From contig CAJINV010000001.1 of the NCBI GenBank assembly GCA_905178155.1, positions 9,445,865 to 9,509,864 of the forward strand: a stretch of DNA of 64,000 nucleotides, read 5' to 3'. Below are positions 25,409 through 37,120 of the stretch, in pieces. A program made the translations under genes and the position numbers. Source of the DNA: Amoebophrya sp. A120 (taxonomy: Eukaryota > Protista > Dinoflagellata). The notes under the pieces were generated by a model. It did no database searches. It was not told where the DNA came from and saw nothing but the letters and a program-made list of their open reading frames with translations. Each line of letters starts with the position of its first letter. The first letter of the stretch is position 1.

Positions 25409-28400
25409 ATGTTGGGACAGCTTTTCCTGGCAATTTTCACCTGCGATTGGCGGGCGTTCAAGCCCTGGGTGTATTCTCCGGAGCACTTTTGGCTGCTCCT
25501 CAACGCGGGTATTGCGTCCATGGTGTGTGGAATGTTGCTGTTTTGGGCGCTGATTGACATCGTTTTCTGGTTGATGACCCGTGACCAGCAGGGCCTACGT
25601 GATTTCAACTACCCGTCCTGGCTACGAAATGCAAAAGCATCGTACTAGTATAAATCGCATGACAAATTTCCTCAGCATGAAAAAGAAAATTTGTAATGCG
25701 GATTTAACCTGAGAAAAAAACTTGTAATGCATGAATGCGATTAATAGTACGAGTGCGATACTTTTGCACAGGATACTGGCTCCACTTCACGCACATGCCG
25801 CTGAAACTGAGTATGGGACTCTCAATTGTTACATTCTCAACTGTTACATGAATTTGTAATGCCAGAATACCAAAATTCAAAGGGGGACAATTGCGGCTCT
25901 AGCATTACAAATGCCGCACAGATTTAAATGCTGTTTAGCCCTCTGGGAATTTGTCATGCGGAGTCGCTTCACCCTGTGGATGTTGATGCTGATTTTGCAT
26001 GAGAAATCATGTAACAGTTGAGAATGTAACGTTTGAGAACGCCATACTGAGCACCGAACGGCCGGAGGAACAGTGGCCGAATTTCCACCTACCGCTGGAG
26101 CAGACCTCGTGGTACTACGTGGCGCGGCTTCCCTGGCTCCCGGTGCTTTCCCTGTTGCGCTACTTCAACGTGCTGGAAACGTTCCGGGCGGTGCAGGAGC
26201 ACAAGAAGCCGGTGGTGCCCGCGGTTTTGGGAAACGACGACACGGTCGCGGAGCACGTCTGGTTTGAGTATGTGCTGTTACTTGGCGTGGCGTTCTGCTT
26301 GGCACACTCGATGAACACGGAGACGAAACTGATACAACGCTGGAAAAACATGAGGTAAGCATAGAACAACAGTATCTGAAGGCTGATCATGTTCATCTAT
26401 ACGTTGTAGACACTGGTGCGTCTCCGTCTTCTTATCTGATTGCATGCAGTGCGGCAAGAACCCCAACCTTCCTGTTCTAGCCCACTTTATTGCGTTCTTG
26501 AAAACAAGGATGCAGTGAAGATGAGTTTTGATCACAAAGTCAAATCCCACTGTTTCATCCTACTTACTATCACAGAGGCGTTGGTCGTCTAGTCGTGATT
26601 CTCATTCTGACCGTGCTGGAGATTTTCGTCTGGTTGTGTGTCCGCAACGACTTCGGGTTTGGCATCCAGATCGGGTACACAAGGGTGCAAGCCACCCCGA
26701 ACAACCAGGGCTACTCGCCGAGCAACTGGATTGAGCACATGCAGTGGCGTATCCCGGACGTCCGCATGTATGCCAAGGACAGCACGAGCTTCTTCTCGCC
26801 CGAGTTGAAGGCGACCATCGGCGCGGGCGCGAATGCGGTGTTTATACCAAGGCAACAGACTGTAGTCGGAGGGCCGGCCGCTGGATTTGGTGGCGGCGGC
26901 GGAATGTTCAATAATTATGTTGGCGGAGGGGGCGGCCATGGCGCAAATAACCGTGGCGGTTTTATGCAAAATGTCCACGGCTTTGGCGGAAACAATCAAC
27001 GGCAGAACAATGCTCCTGGGCGGCAGGGTGCGCCGGTGCCCAATGCCTGGAACAATAACCAGGGCGGTGGGAGTTCGTACTGGGCAAACGCGGGCGGGGG
27101 ACAGCGGTTAGGGGGCGACGGGAACGGTGTGGGAGGCGGACCGGGGAATCGCCCTAATAATCCTCCACCAGGCGCAGCGGGCGCAGGTGCAGGCGGTGGA
27201 AATTCGTGGGGCGGAGGCATGTTTCGTTTAGGTGGGAACGGCAATGGGAACAACGCTGGTGGCAACAATGGAGGACAAAATCAAAATGCTCACAACCTCG
27301 CCCAGCAGCAGAATTCAAATTGGTTTTGGCAAACCGATGCTTCGTTCCGTCGCCCCCCGGACACCGTGGGCTACTTAGGTTTCTGGCGACTTGTCGCTTT
27401 TGTTCTCATCTGCCTCCGTTCCGTCAGCTGCGTTTGCGTGATCAGTGGAATCTTGCGTGTCGCGTGCTGCTCCGACGCCGCGAAAGCCGCCAAGATCGCG
27501 GCCGCTAAGTCATCTGACAAAGGCGCGAAAACAAGTAGCAAACAGCAGTCTGGCGGCCCCACCGGTTCTGGTTCTGCTTCCGGTCAGTTTCGGAATGCCG
27601 GCGAGGACGGCCTAGCAGAAAACAAGGGATCCTCGAGTCGAGCCTCCCTTGCCCTCGGCTACGTGCAACGTTGCGAGAAGCAGAGTCGAGGGGACCCGGG
27701 GGCGGGCGTTTTGGTACCCTGCGCGGGAAACGCGAGGAAGTCCGGAACGCTGCCCTTGGGCCTGCCCAACCTGGGGAACACCTGTCAAGTGAACAGCTTG
27801 CTGCATCTCCTGATGCAGGCGCCGAGTTACTGGAAACTATTTCTGGAAATGCGGCGCATCGATGCGAATGGAGCTACGATGGAGAGTCTCGAGAAAGACG
27901 CCCAAGCGGCCACGATCGGCAAGGCCTGCCGTACTTTCTACGCTGAGTATTTGAAGCAGCAGTTCGACCAGCGCACTGTGTTCAACAAGAGCTGGTACTT
28001 CGACAACACCCGCGTGCTGCAGTCTGTGCCCCCCGTGAACGTGAGCGCGATTCTCGACTACGTCTGCAAGGCCTTCCGCGACCCCATCCAGGCGGCCAGG
28101 GGCACGCAGCAGGACATCCACGAGCTGTTGCTCGGCGCGTTGGCCGTATTGACGAGCGGGAGGCTGCAGACGCGTGCTAGCATGATGAATACGGTCGTGA
28201 CGAAGCGCAGCTGGATCAAAAGCGACCCCTTCGACCGAATCAACCATGTGGCGTCGGCGACTGTAGTGCGGCCGCTGACCGCTGAGGAGGAGGAAATGGA
28301 GCGGAAAAACAGACTTTCTTCCCACCCCACGCTGATTCACCGCCCAGCCACCGTCCACGGTACCGGGTCGCTGCTCGAGTACAAGGCCAACGAAACAACA

Positions 28401-30008
28401 TCGCTCGTGTTCCCCATTACCTGTAGCGCGGACACAACCCTCCGCGAGGTGGAGGGGACGGTGGACACCCAAACTTTTTCAAAACAAGAAGGGGAGGCGC
28501 TTGGACTCCCGGCCAACTTCACGGCTTCGCAAAAGCAGCAGCGCTGCGTCGTGAAAGTGCGCGATTTGCAACTGTTGCAAGAAACGCACTTCGTCCAACG
28601 GGACCTTGCGGCCGACGGAATTTTCGTCAGCTTCGCGCCCTACCAGGGGGGCATGCGAAAGATGCCTCTGGAAGTGCGAAAGCCTTTTGTGGAAGACCAA
28701 TTGCGATTCGATGGTTTCGGCCGACCGGGGAGCGTGCGGTAGCTTTTTCATTTTGCCAGCTTTCTGCATGGACCTGTTTTTTGAAGATCCACTGTGGTTT
28801 TGTGCATAAACATCGTTGTACAAACATTAAAATATTGACGAGGACGAAATGATGCACAAGATGAAGAGAAACAAAAACAATCCAGGTGGCAGCACACCGG
28901 CCGTCCTGTGCAAGCCTCGTTGCAAGCCTTCGTAGCACACACCGGAGCGGAGCCGGGCTTCGATGTGTCCGCCTCCGCTCTCGACGCTGGGCACTACAAA
29001 ACGTACGTTCGCGTGGCTGTTACAACCGGGGGAGACGACACGTGGATGTGTGTTGACGATACCAAAGTTCTCCTCACGCCTCTGGCTCAGGTGACCCAGC
29101 GCCTCGTAGACGGAGTGTTGTTCTACTACGAATTTGACTTCGCAAATGCAGACACTGACCTGCCCGCTCCTGCGACTCTCGCCGGACAGACCAAAAACGC
29201 GCCGACCGCCACAGTGAAGAACATCATGGGCCCGACGCAAAAAAACGAGCCAAAGAACAACGCTGCTCATGATGGCAACGGCCCTGCCGTCGCCAAAGAA
29301 GCAAATCCGAATCCCGAGCCTGCCAGCAGAACGCTGCCACATGACATTGCGCAGTTGCCACCGTGCCGCACGTACAAATCACCAGCTAACGATGAACAGG
29401 AGATCGCATTCCAAGTTGCTGCTGCCGGATTACTACTAGCCAAAGAGCAGGACGACCACGAAGAGACTTTTTTGAAAAATGACGATGAAGCGGCGCCCTT
29501 GTTGCAGTTGATGCCCGTTGCAGAGGAGGAGGAGGAGTCTGAAGTTAAAACGCAGCAGGAGGTTCAAGCCGAGGTCGAAAATGTCGAAACTCCTGAAACG
29601 CTACACCAGCCTGTAATAAAAACTTCCGAAGCTGCCGCTGTGCAACAAGTACAAGAGAAAGAATGCACCCTATCGTCGGCTGCGGCGGGTGGTCCGAAGA
29701 CGGAGGTGCAGTCCTCGACAGGAAGGACGGAACAAAATCTGGTTTGTGCAGATGAAAATGGAGCAAGGGCTTCGGGTTCGGATCGCGGTTTCGTCAAGGA
29801 TGAGCCGCAAAGTTGTGCTGCTTCTCCTTCCGATCCTGCTGTTGGAGTTCTTGGGGCGATCGCACAGAATGAAGAACGATTTGAGTTATTGGCCACGGTG
29901 AACGTGAACGAACCAAAATCACAGGTGGACGAGCAAGTCCTCAAAAATGAAATCCTGGAAGACGATTACCTGGCTGAAGAGCGCACCCCTCTATACCCGC
30001 AAATCTGA
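25409..30008 (+). CDS. Multi-pass membrane ubiquitin-specific protease (peptidase C19); exons ~25409..25629, 25770..25811, 26052..26354, 26576..28738, 28886..30008
   Basis: Cys box GLPNLGNTCQVNSLLHLL, QQDIHELL, His box AFVAHTG...GHYKTYVR...WMCVDDTKV. Several N-terminal hydrophobic segments and a Gly/Asn-rich loop. Two TIR introns and two GT-AG introns (26355..26575, 28739..28885) keep the frame. Confidence 0.82.
25630..25768. mobile_element. Non-canonical inverted-repeat intron, TGCAAAAG...CTTTTGCA class
   Basis: ~30-bp imperfect TIRs (TGCAAAAGCATCGTACTAGTA... and ...TACGAGTGCGATACTTTTGCA). Removing the element plus 1 nt gives WLR(K/T)GYWLHFTHMPLKL in frame with the downstream exons. Confidence 0.82.
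25812..26046. mobile_element. Introner/MITE-like non-canonical intron, TATGG...CCATA class
   Basis: 40-bp TIRs (25812-25851 and 26007-26046, 5 mismatches) with the 5-bp direct repeat CTGAG (25807-25811 and 26047-26051). Excision gives LKLS|TERPEEQW in frame. Confidence 0.9.
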
Positions 30009-31560
30009 ATCAGGCGATTCTCTGCTGCTCTTGCGTCCTCGAGGACGCGATCCTCGCCAGCTATTATGGCATTTTACAAAAATAATGACCACGATGAAGA
30101 CCACGGTGGTATACTCCCGCCTTTTGACCATTATCCAAAAAAAATGAAAATTCATGACTTCGCTCATAATGACCAGTGTAATAACGCCCTGCAATTTTGT
30201 TATAATTTTGGAAAATATATAAAAGACAGACGCATCGTTGGACTTCTTGGCTGCGGCTGCGCGTGAGCGAAAGCGTTTATTTTGATGGAGGGCCGCTAGC
30301 CCTAGGCCTAGCGCTTTGAGATTTTTGATGGCCGTAGCTAGTACGATGAATACGATGAAGAGATTGACGACATCCAATCAAGTTCAAGTCCACCTCCGGC
30401 ACGAGAAGTACGAGCTTGAAAAGAAGGGATGCCGGGTCCCGTTTTTGCTCTGTGAATCGACGTCTACGGCATCCAGTATGATGCGCAGAACCAGTTTTGA
30501 TATGCTCGTAAGTGACAGAGACGAGCACTACTAGCCAAGTACGTAGAGCAATATATGAATCAATGGGGTTTGCCTTTGCTCGGTCGACCAAGTAGACGAG
30601 CAGCACGGCTGTGGCAGAATAGCTGAATGATGTTGCGCGATTATTTTTACCTGTATAGTATTGCACCCAATAATTAATACTCCGCCGTGCGAAACCGAAC
30701 AACAAAAAAATCAACTTGCTAAGTTGTAACTCTTCGCCTCAATTCACTTTTTGTTTTTCCGCATGATGCATAGATAAGCATAAACATGTGACATGGTCCG
30801 ATCTCAAATTGTGTACGTGTACCTGTAGGAGAAACCTTTCAACTCCTTTATTCGTGTCTTTCAAGGATCAGCGTTGTATACTAGTGACTAGTTGTACTTC
30901 TTTACCTAGAACAAGTAGACTTTGAGTTCTCCGCCAATAGTTCTCCACATTCTCGTCCTCCATACTGCCGCTAATCCCATATTTTTCCATTTGCTTCGCA
31001 GGATGAGGATCGCTTCTATCCGTTTGTCGTATAGTGCAACCGAGATCAAGATCCTCAGTCAACGAGAAAGGTCGTGCTACAAGATCCATCTTTTGTTGGA
31101 GGTTTCGATTTTACATATGTAGAATCTTTTTTAAGTTGGATCATGCAACCCCAAACAAAAAAAAAGTTAAAGTTTTGGAAGAAGAGGCATCGCGAGAAAA
31201 AAATAAAGTATACTGAACTACTAACCAAGGATTTACTCAAGACTTTTTGGCTATGCATTACTAGATTGAAGGCACCAAAAAAATCGAAATAGGTGTATGA
31301 AAGAAACCGAAGTTGATTATTGTCTTCGCTCAGAATACCGAAATAAAATCAATTGGTGCAATTTTTGAGGATACGACTGTTAAAAACTTCACACACAAAT
31401 TGGCCGCCTTCAAAACAAAATTTTTGCACCTTCATTTACAACGAGCCTGCAGCAGCTTCAGTGGGAGGTCGTCTCTGTTTGATACGACATTGACTCGAAG
31501 CACAGGCGGCGCAAGAACTACAGGTAGAAGAACGACGAGAGGCTCCCGAAAACGCCCACC

Positions 31561-34500
31561 ATGTTGCGTGTCTGTGGTTTTTTTCTCGCCACGGCAGCTG
31601 AGATAGGAGCGGCTCGCACTCATGGGAACGGCGTTTCGCATGGGGATGTGGTGCACAAGGACAAGACAAAAAAATTCGGTGCACCCGGCGTAGTCCGATC
31701 GCCGGCATCAACAGGCAGCAGCAAACGCTGGTCCGGCGTAGGCAATCATAGCACAACTACGCCTTCCAGCGGATTGCGCAGGCGCCGCTATTCCGGATCT
31801 GAGACTGGTGAGAGGCGTGTAGGTGTAGATAAGGCCCACACTTGGGAACCCGAGTCAAGTAGGCATGCTCTAACGTCGGACGATGTATTTGCTCCGGGCT
31901 CTGCTGGTGCAGCTTCGTCCTCTCCGCACCACAATTGGCAATACCAGCGCGGAGGATCTGCAGCCGCAGCCTCAGCGCCGGGCTCACCAGTTATGCAGCT
32001 GCTCTTAACTCCGGGGGCGGGCGCGTCTGCGATTACGATTAGGCCACTGCCTGCTTCTTCGTATGGGTTTCCGCCCCTACCGCGGGTTCAGAGCCAACCG
32101 GAGCAAACTTTAACACAGTTGAGAGAGCTAAGCAAGGAGGCAGACGAAGTCGCGGAACTACGAAACTTGCAATTAAAAATTGCAGAAACCCTGTCGCAAG
32201 GCGGCGACAAGAACTCCCAGCATTCGTCACCCGCATTCACCGCCGTCGGCTCTCCCGGCAGCTCCAAGCAAAACTTTTGGTCGCCGAATATCGCAGCTGC
32301 CGAGACCGCCGGCGCAGCATCTACTACAGAGGACCAGCTCCTCGCGATGGGCTCGTTCTCGTTGGGCCCGGCTTTCGGTTCCACGCCCGCATCAACCACG
32401 CCCAGAGCTGCACCAAACGGAGGCGCCAAGCGGATCGCCTCTTCCAACTCTCTGGCATCCTCTGCTGCCTCCGCGCACCAGCATCAGCAGCAGACCACTG
32501 GCAGCTCCTTTCGAAATCGGAGAAACGATTCCTTTGCCTCCATTGCTTCGTCCGCATGGGCGCAAAATCTGCGACAGTATTCGGGAGACCAGCAGTTATC
32601 GGCCCGAGGGGGCGGAGGACCTGCTCCCAAGGTCGTGGAAATGCAGTACGCGGTGCCCAAGTTTTGCAGGGTTACAGGTCGACCGCTGACTCTGCAAGAG
32701 CAGCAGCAGGCGTTGCTTCAACAGCAGGTAAAAAGAGGAGCGCAGTCGTCCCTGGCCCAACGCGGACGCGTCGCCTCTATTTCGTCGATAGCCTCAACCA
32801 CCACGGACGCACCAGCGGGCGCGACAACCTCCGAGCAAAACATGAACTACGGTGGTTCGAGCTCATTCAGCACGCTCCTTCAAGAGGACATGCCGAGCGC
32901 CAGCAGTCGGAGTGAGAATGCGACCAGCGCAAGCAACGTGGGCTTTTACCTGTCAGTATCGGACGAACAACCTGCGTCCGCGTCCGCCTACAACGCCGCG
33001 GCCCCTACTTTCGAGACCACAGGCCCAGGGGGCGCTAATCACGAAGTTGTAGCTCCTCCCTCGCCCCCCTGGCCCGCGTGGGGAAACCCCGATGTGCTAC
33101 GCAGCTACTGGACTCAACAAGATCAAGATGTTTCATCTGTTTCCGCTACTACGGGATCAGACGGGCGAGGGCCTTCTGGCACTGCTCCTGGTGATTATGT
33201 TAACTTTCCGACCTTGCAAAGTGCGAGAGCTGCTGGAAAAAGTAAAAGTAAAACCAGAATGCCGGCGGCGCAGCAGCAGCAAGCCGGCGGCGACCGGCTG
33301 GCCAACTTGCGTTATTACCAGGACGGCGTGTACATTACCGCGCCCGATAATGACAAGTCCCAGCAGGTCGTGCAACAGCCGCTGGAAGACGACGCGGACG
33401 ACGACGAGGAAGGTCAAATGGTTTATTTGGATCGTCCGGGAAAGAATGACACGGATGCCGCGGATCTTGTTCCCTACCGAAGCTTCGCTGTCGTGCAAGG
33501 GCTGCGTCGCGCACATGCGGAAGATCAGGAAGCCGAAGGAGGCAACGATGAATTTTTTGATGTTGTTGACACGCGCGGCGAAGACGCCACGGCGCACAAC
33601 GCTACGAGCAACGAGGTCGTGGCACCACATAAAGCAGACAGCTTGCAATGGCCATGGTCGGTGCGGATTGGCCAGAGTGGCGGTGCGCAACATCAGGGCA
33701 CTCGCTCTTTCTTTTTCCGTTTCAACTTCAAGTCGCATCTACTCGGGGGAGTTACCTACACCTGGTGACGACCATCTGCATTATGTTCTAAATATGCAGT
33801 TACTTCTGCAATTCCAATTGCAAGTGCTGCAAGAACAATCGATCCTATTCCAATTGCAAGTGCTGCAGCAAGAACAATCGATCCTAATATCCATCGTTTG
33901 TGATTTATGTCTCAGGTTCAGCCGAAGATCAGCACGCAGATGCATATGACGCGCCAGCAGGAGGACAGCACCAGAGTGCAGAAACAGAAAACTACGTGGA
34001 TCGAGACCAACTCCAGAAAAATTTAGCTGGCCGGAGTTTCGATTCCGTAGTTTCCGACGCGTCGACGTGGCGGCGGATGGTAACGCCAAGCCAGACGGAT
34101 CCGTCCGAGTTCGCGCCCACTCCCAACGGGGATGCTGGACCACAACATAGAAGTTCCTCACTCAATACAGCAACTACAAGTCTTGGAACCAACCCGCCGC
34201 CAGGCCCAGAGGCTGCGCCACTGGCTGTGGACGGGCGGAACAACAGGTACTGAAATCGCCTGGATCTTTTCTATTTTTGTATTCGTGCCGGTCGACGTTG
34301 ACGTAGTTCTTATTTTTCAGAAGGAACAAGAGGAACGCGAGAGCGGCACTGATAGATAAGTACAAGCAGCCCCCATGCAGTATCTTTCTGGTGACGACGC
34401 ACGCGACCCTGGTTGCTTAATCCACTGTGATATGTGAAGAGTCTACGAGGACTTCTACTTTAGCGAAATAAAAACAAACTCAGGTCGTGGCTTGCTGTGC

Positions 34501-34697
34501 CGACGTTCATGATGCGGCCCGCCATGGCGATTCCGTTACTTGTGCAACAAGGACCAGTGGTCGCCCCCGTTGTGCACGCGGCACCACAGCACCAGCACGC
34601 GGTGATAAGTCCGACGGAAGCTCAAGACAGCGGCACCGCGTTGCACACAGACGTTGCCTCCTCAGGTTTCCTACAGCAGCGGGGTCTCTCCCCGTAG
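31561..34697 (+). CDS. Hypothetical low-complexity (Ser/Ala/Gln-rich) protein with a signal-peptide-like N-terminus; probable exons 31561..~33682, 33916..34246, 34484..34697
   Basis: 735-codon ORF. GT-AG intron 34247..34483 (CAGGT at both ends) joins ORFs 33900 and 34497 in frame. The first intron's donor (~33683) is a guess. No domain recognised. Confidence 0.55.
33811..33885. repeat. Two-copy tandem repeat (36 + 39 bp), probably intronic
   Basis: ATTCCAATTGCAAGTGCTGC(AGC)AAGAACAATCGATCCT x2. Confidence 0.9.
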
Positions 34698-36099
34698 GCA
34701 AAAAGGCATCACTTCCAAAATACTAGAGAAAAAAAGCAGTGGAGGATGTAGTTGAATAAAGTTAAAGACAAATTTTTTGATTCATATATATTTATATGAG
34801 ACTTTTGTCCTGCTTGTCCTTGTGCTTCCATGATTGGCTCATTTCGATGCAGCCTATGCATGGCGGTCACCAGTGTCCATCTCTATCTCAGCTGTGGTGA
34901 GTTCACGCAATATCCATCTATACTTTGCTACTCGTTCCTTTGACTTGGAGTTCCAATGGTAATCATGTTACTCCTTTCTTGTTCTACGGATTGCAGTATC
35001 ATACTCTGGTATTCCGGTCCTGCTTTTTGAATTAGAATTGGAATCCAAGAGAACTGTCCAGTGCTGCTTGAGTACACGATTTATTATTATTAGAGGCAAA
35101 ATCATCATGATAGTTGCGGATAGCTGCAAACAACTTTTGATAATTTTCGCTCAACCAGAGCAGAATTCCAATTCTTTAGGCTCGCTTGACATGATAGTTT
35201 TGGATTCTACGTGCGAACTTCTTTCCAAGAAATATAGCGAGCAAGAGCTTTAATTTTTTGTGCCCACAGTTACTTACCAATTTGCTACGTCGAAGCTGCA
35301 ACTACTAACAAAAATATTACATGCGTTCAATACAGATATGGGCACTATTAGAGTGTTGATCTGGATCTCTGTCATTCATCAGAGATGCTGTGTGCAGTTG
35401 GTTCCCCATGTTCATGTCGATGATGGTAACATTGACAAAGATGCTTGCGGGAAAACACCACCAGGACAATACCAAAATTTATTACCTACGGCCTCGCAGA
35501 TTTCTGGGCGCGGCCTGGGGCACCAACGCGTTGGACCGCGACACCGAGCAATACACCCGAGCGCGCCTAGAGATGATTGATGGTCATCAATTATTTTTTT
35601 ATAAAGTTTGGTATGTTGTTGAGCAAGAGTCCGGCTCCGGCTCGACTCGAAGGGATAAACTTCAACTTCTCTGAGGAGTTTATTCGGGAAATTGCTTGGC
35701 CAGAACCACAAGAATCGCATAAAAGGCTGTCGTGGTGCATGCTAGTGCGACAACCTTGAACAAGAAACGCGAACCAAAGAAGTAGTGTCCGTCGTTCACT
35801 TTATCCTTGCTTGCTTTTTCACCGAAAAATTCGAAATTTATTTATTTATCAGAACTTTGCTCGTAAACGTAAACCGAAACACGACAGAGGTACAACAGCT
35901 GCTATTTGTCTTTACTGCAAAACTGTCACATCATCATCGACGGGGTGGGCCTATCGCTATCTGTACGTCATTAGTGGACACAGGTACTGCTACTAGCGTA
36001 GCAGGAGGGACCACTCCGGCGAAGTGATCTTATTTATTATTTTCGTGACGTTCAGGTTCACAAAGACGGAACCAACGTGTCTGTGACTTCTGGGTCTAA

Positions 36100-36930
36100 C
36101 TAGCTTTTCTATATGACGCTTGATAATTCTTGCCATGCATCCAGAAATCGATTTTGATTTGAGTCTGCACCTATATGAATGCAGAAATTGGTCTGGATAA
36201 TTCTCATTGATATGGAAATTACAATTGGAATGCAAATTCTATGTAGAGAATACATGGTCATAAATTCTGAAAATTTTTTGAAAATTTTCAAATTATATCG
36301 ATATCTATATTCAATCTTCATGCAATTATATATATGAATGGATTCAGATTTCAATAATTGGATGGATTCTATTGTAGGTCTTCAATAATTGCCAAAATTC
36401 AAAAAAAAATATGATGAGATTCAGATTCTCTTCGAATCTTCAAAAAAAATAATTGAAAAATATTGTTAACCAGATTCTCGGATCGAATGGAATTATGATA
36501 AGAAAATTCTGGCAATAATCCAGATTCTCAGATCGATCAAAATGATGATGAGAGATTTCGGGGATTCATTAAGAATTATCTTTTTATTCAATTCTGATTG
36601 TAATTTTGACGGTTGGAATCTTCGAATCTTGTTTATTTCTTTGTTGATTTTGGATACATGGAATCCGATCGACTATCAACCGATGAATGAAGAAAAAATG
36701 ATATTCAAGATGAATATTGATGGCATTTGGCATGGATTTCGATTTTCAGATAAGATTCAACGATTTTATTTCCATCGATATGAATTTCGTGAATCGAATG
36801 GTGATGGGTATATATTTTCTGGGTCAAATAAATTGATGCAACTCCGTTGTTGTAATTTTTTTGATCTCGGTGTAGTCTGTGTTCTGTCGGTAGTATTAGT
36901 CCATGATTTGTATCTTTGGAACCACTCGCA
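36100..36930. other. AT-rich island at the convergent strand-switch between the + and - gene blocks
   Basis: Sharp GC drop and near absence of AC, GT and GC dinucleotides. All genes to the left are +, all to the right are -. Confidence 0.8.
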
Positions 36931-37120
36931 TTAATTTCAACAAAACCCCTCAATGCAAAGCTGGAATTGACGACGCGGATGCCGGGCCTGAGGACAATGG
37001 TAATGGATGATTTGTCCTTTTTCTTTATTCATCCGTCGGACACACAGTTCATCTTCATCCTATCGCCCGGAGGCGCATAATTACCTAGCGCTAACAGCGA
37101 AGAATCCCTCAGCCTCCAGT

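Noticed and set aside
29947-31500. Short ORFs between the USP gene and the 31561 gene
   Set aside because: AT-richer intergenic composition with no motifs.
35260-35759. Overlapping short ORFs, possibly a pseudogene fragment
   Set aside because: No recognisable homology or reliable splice structure by eye.
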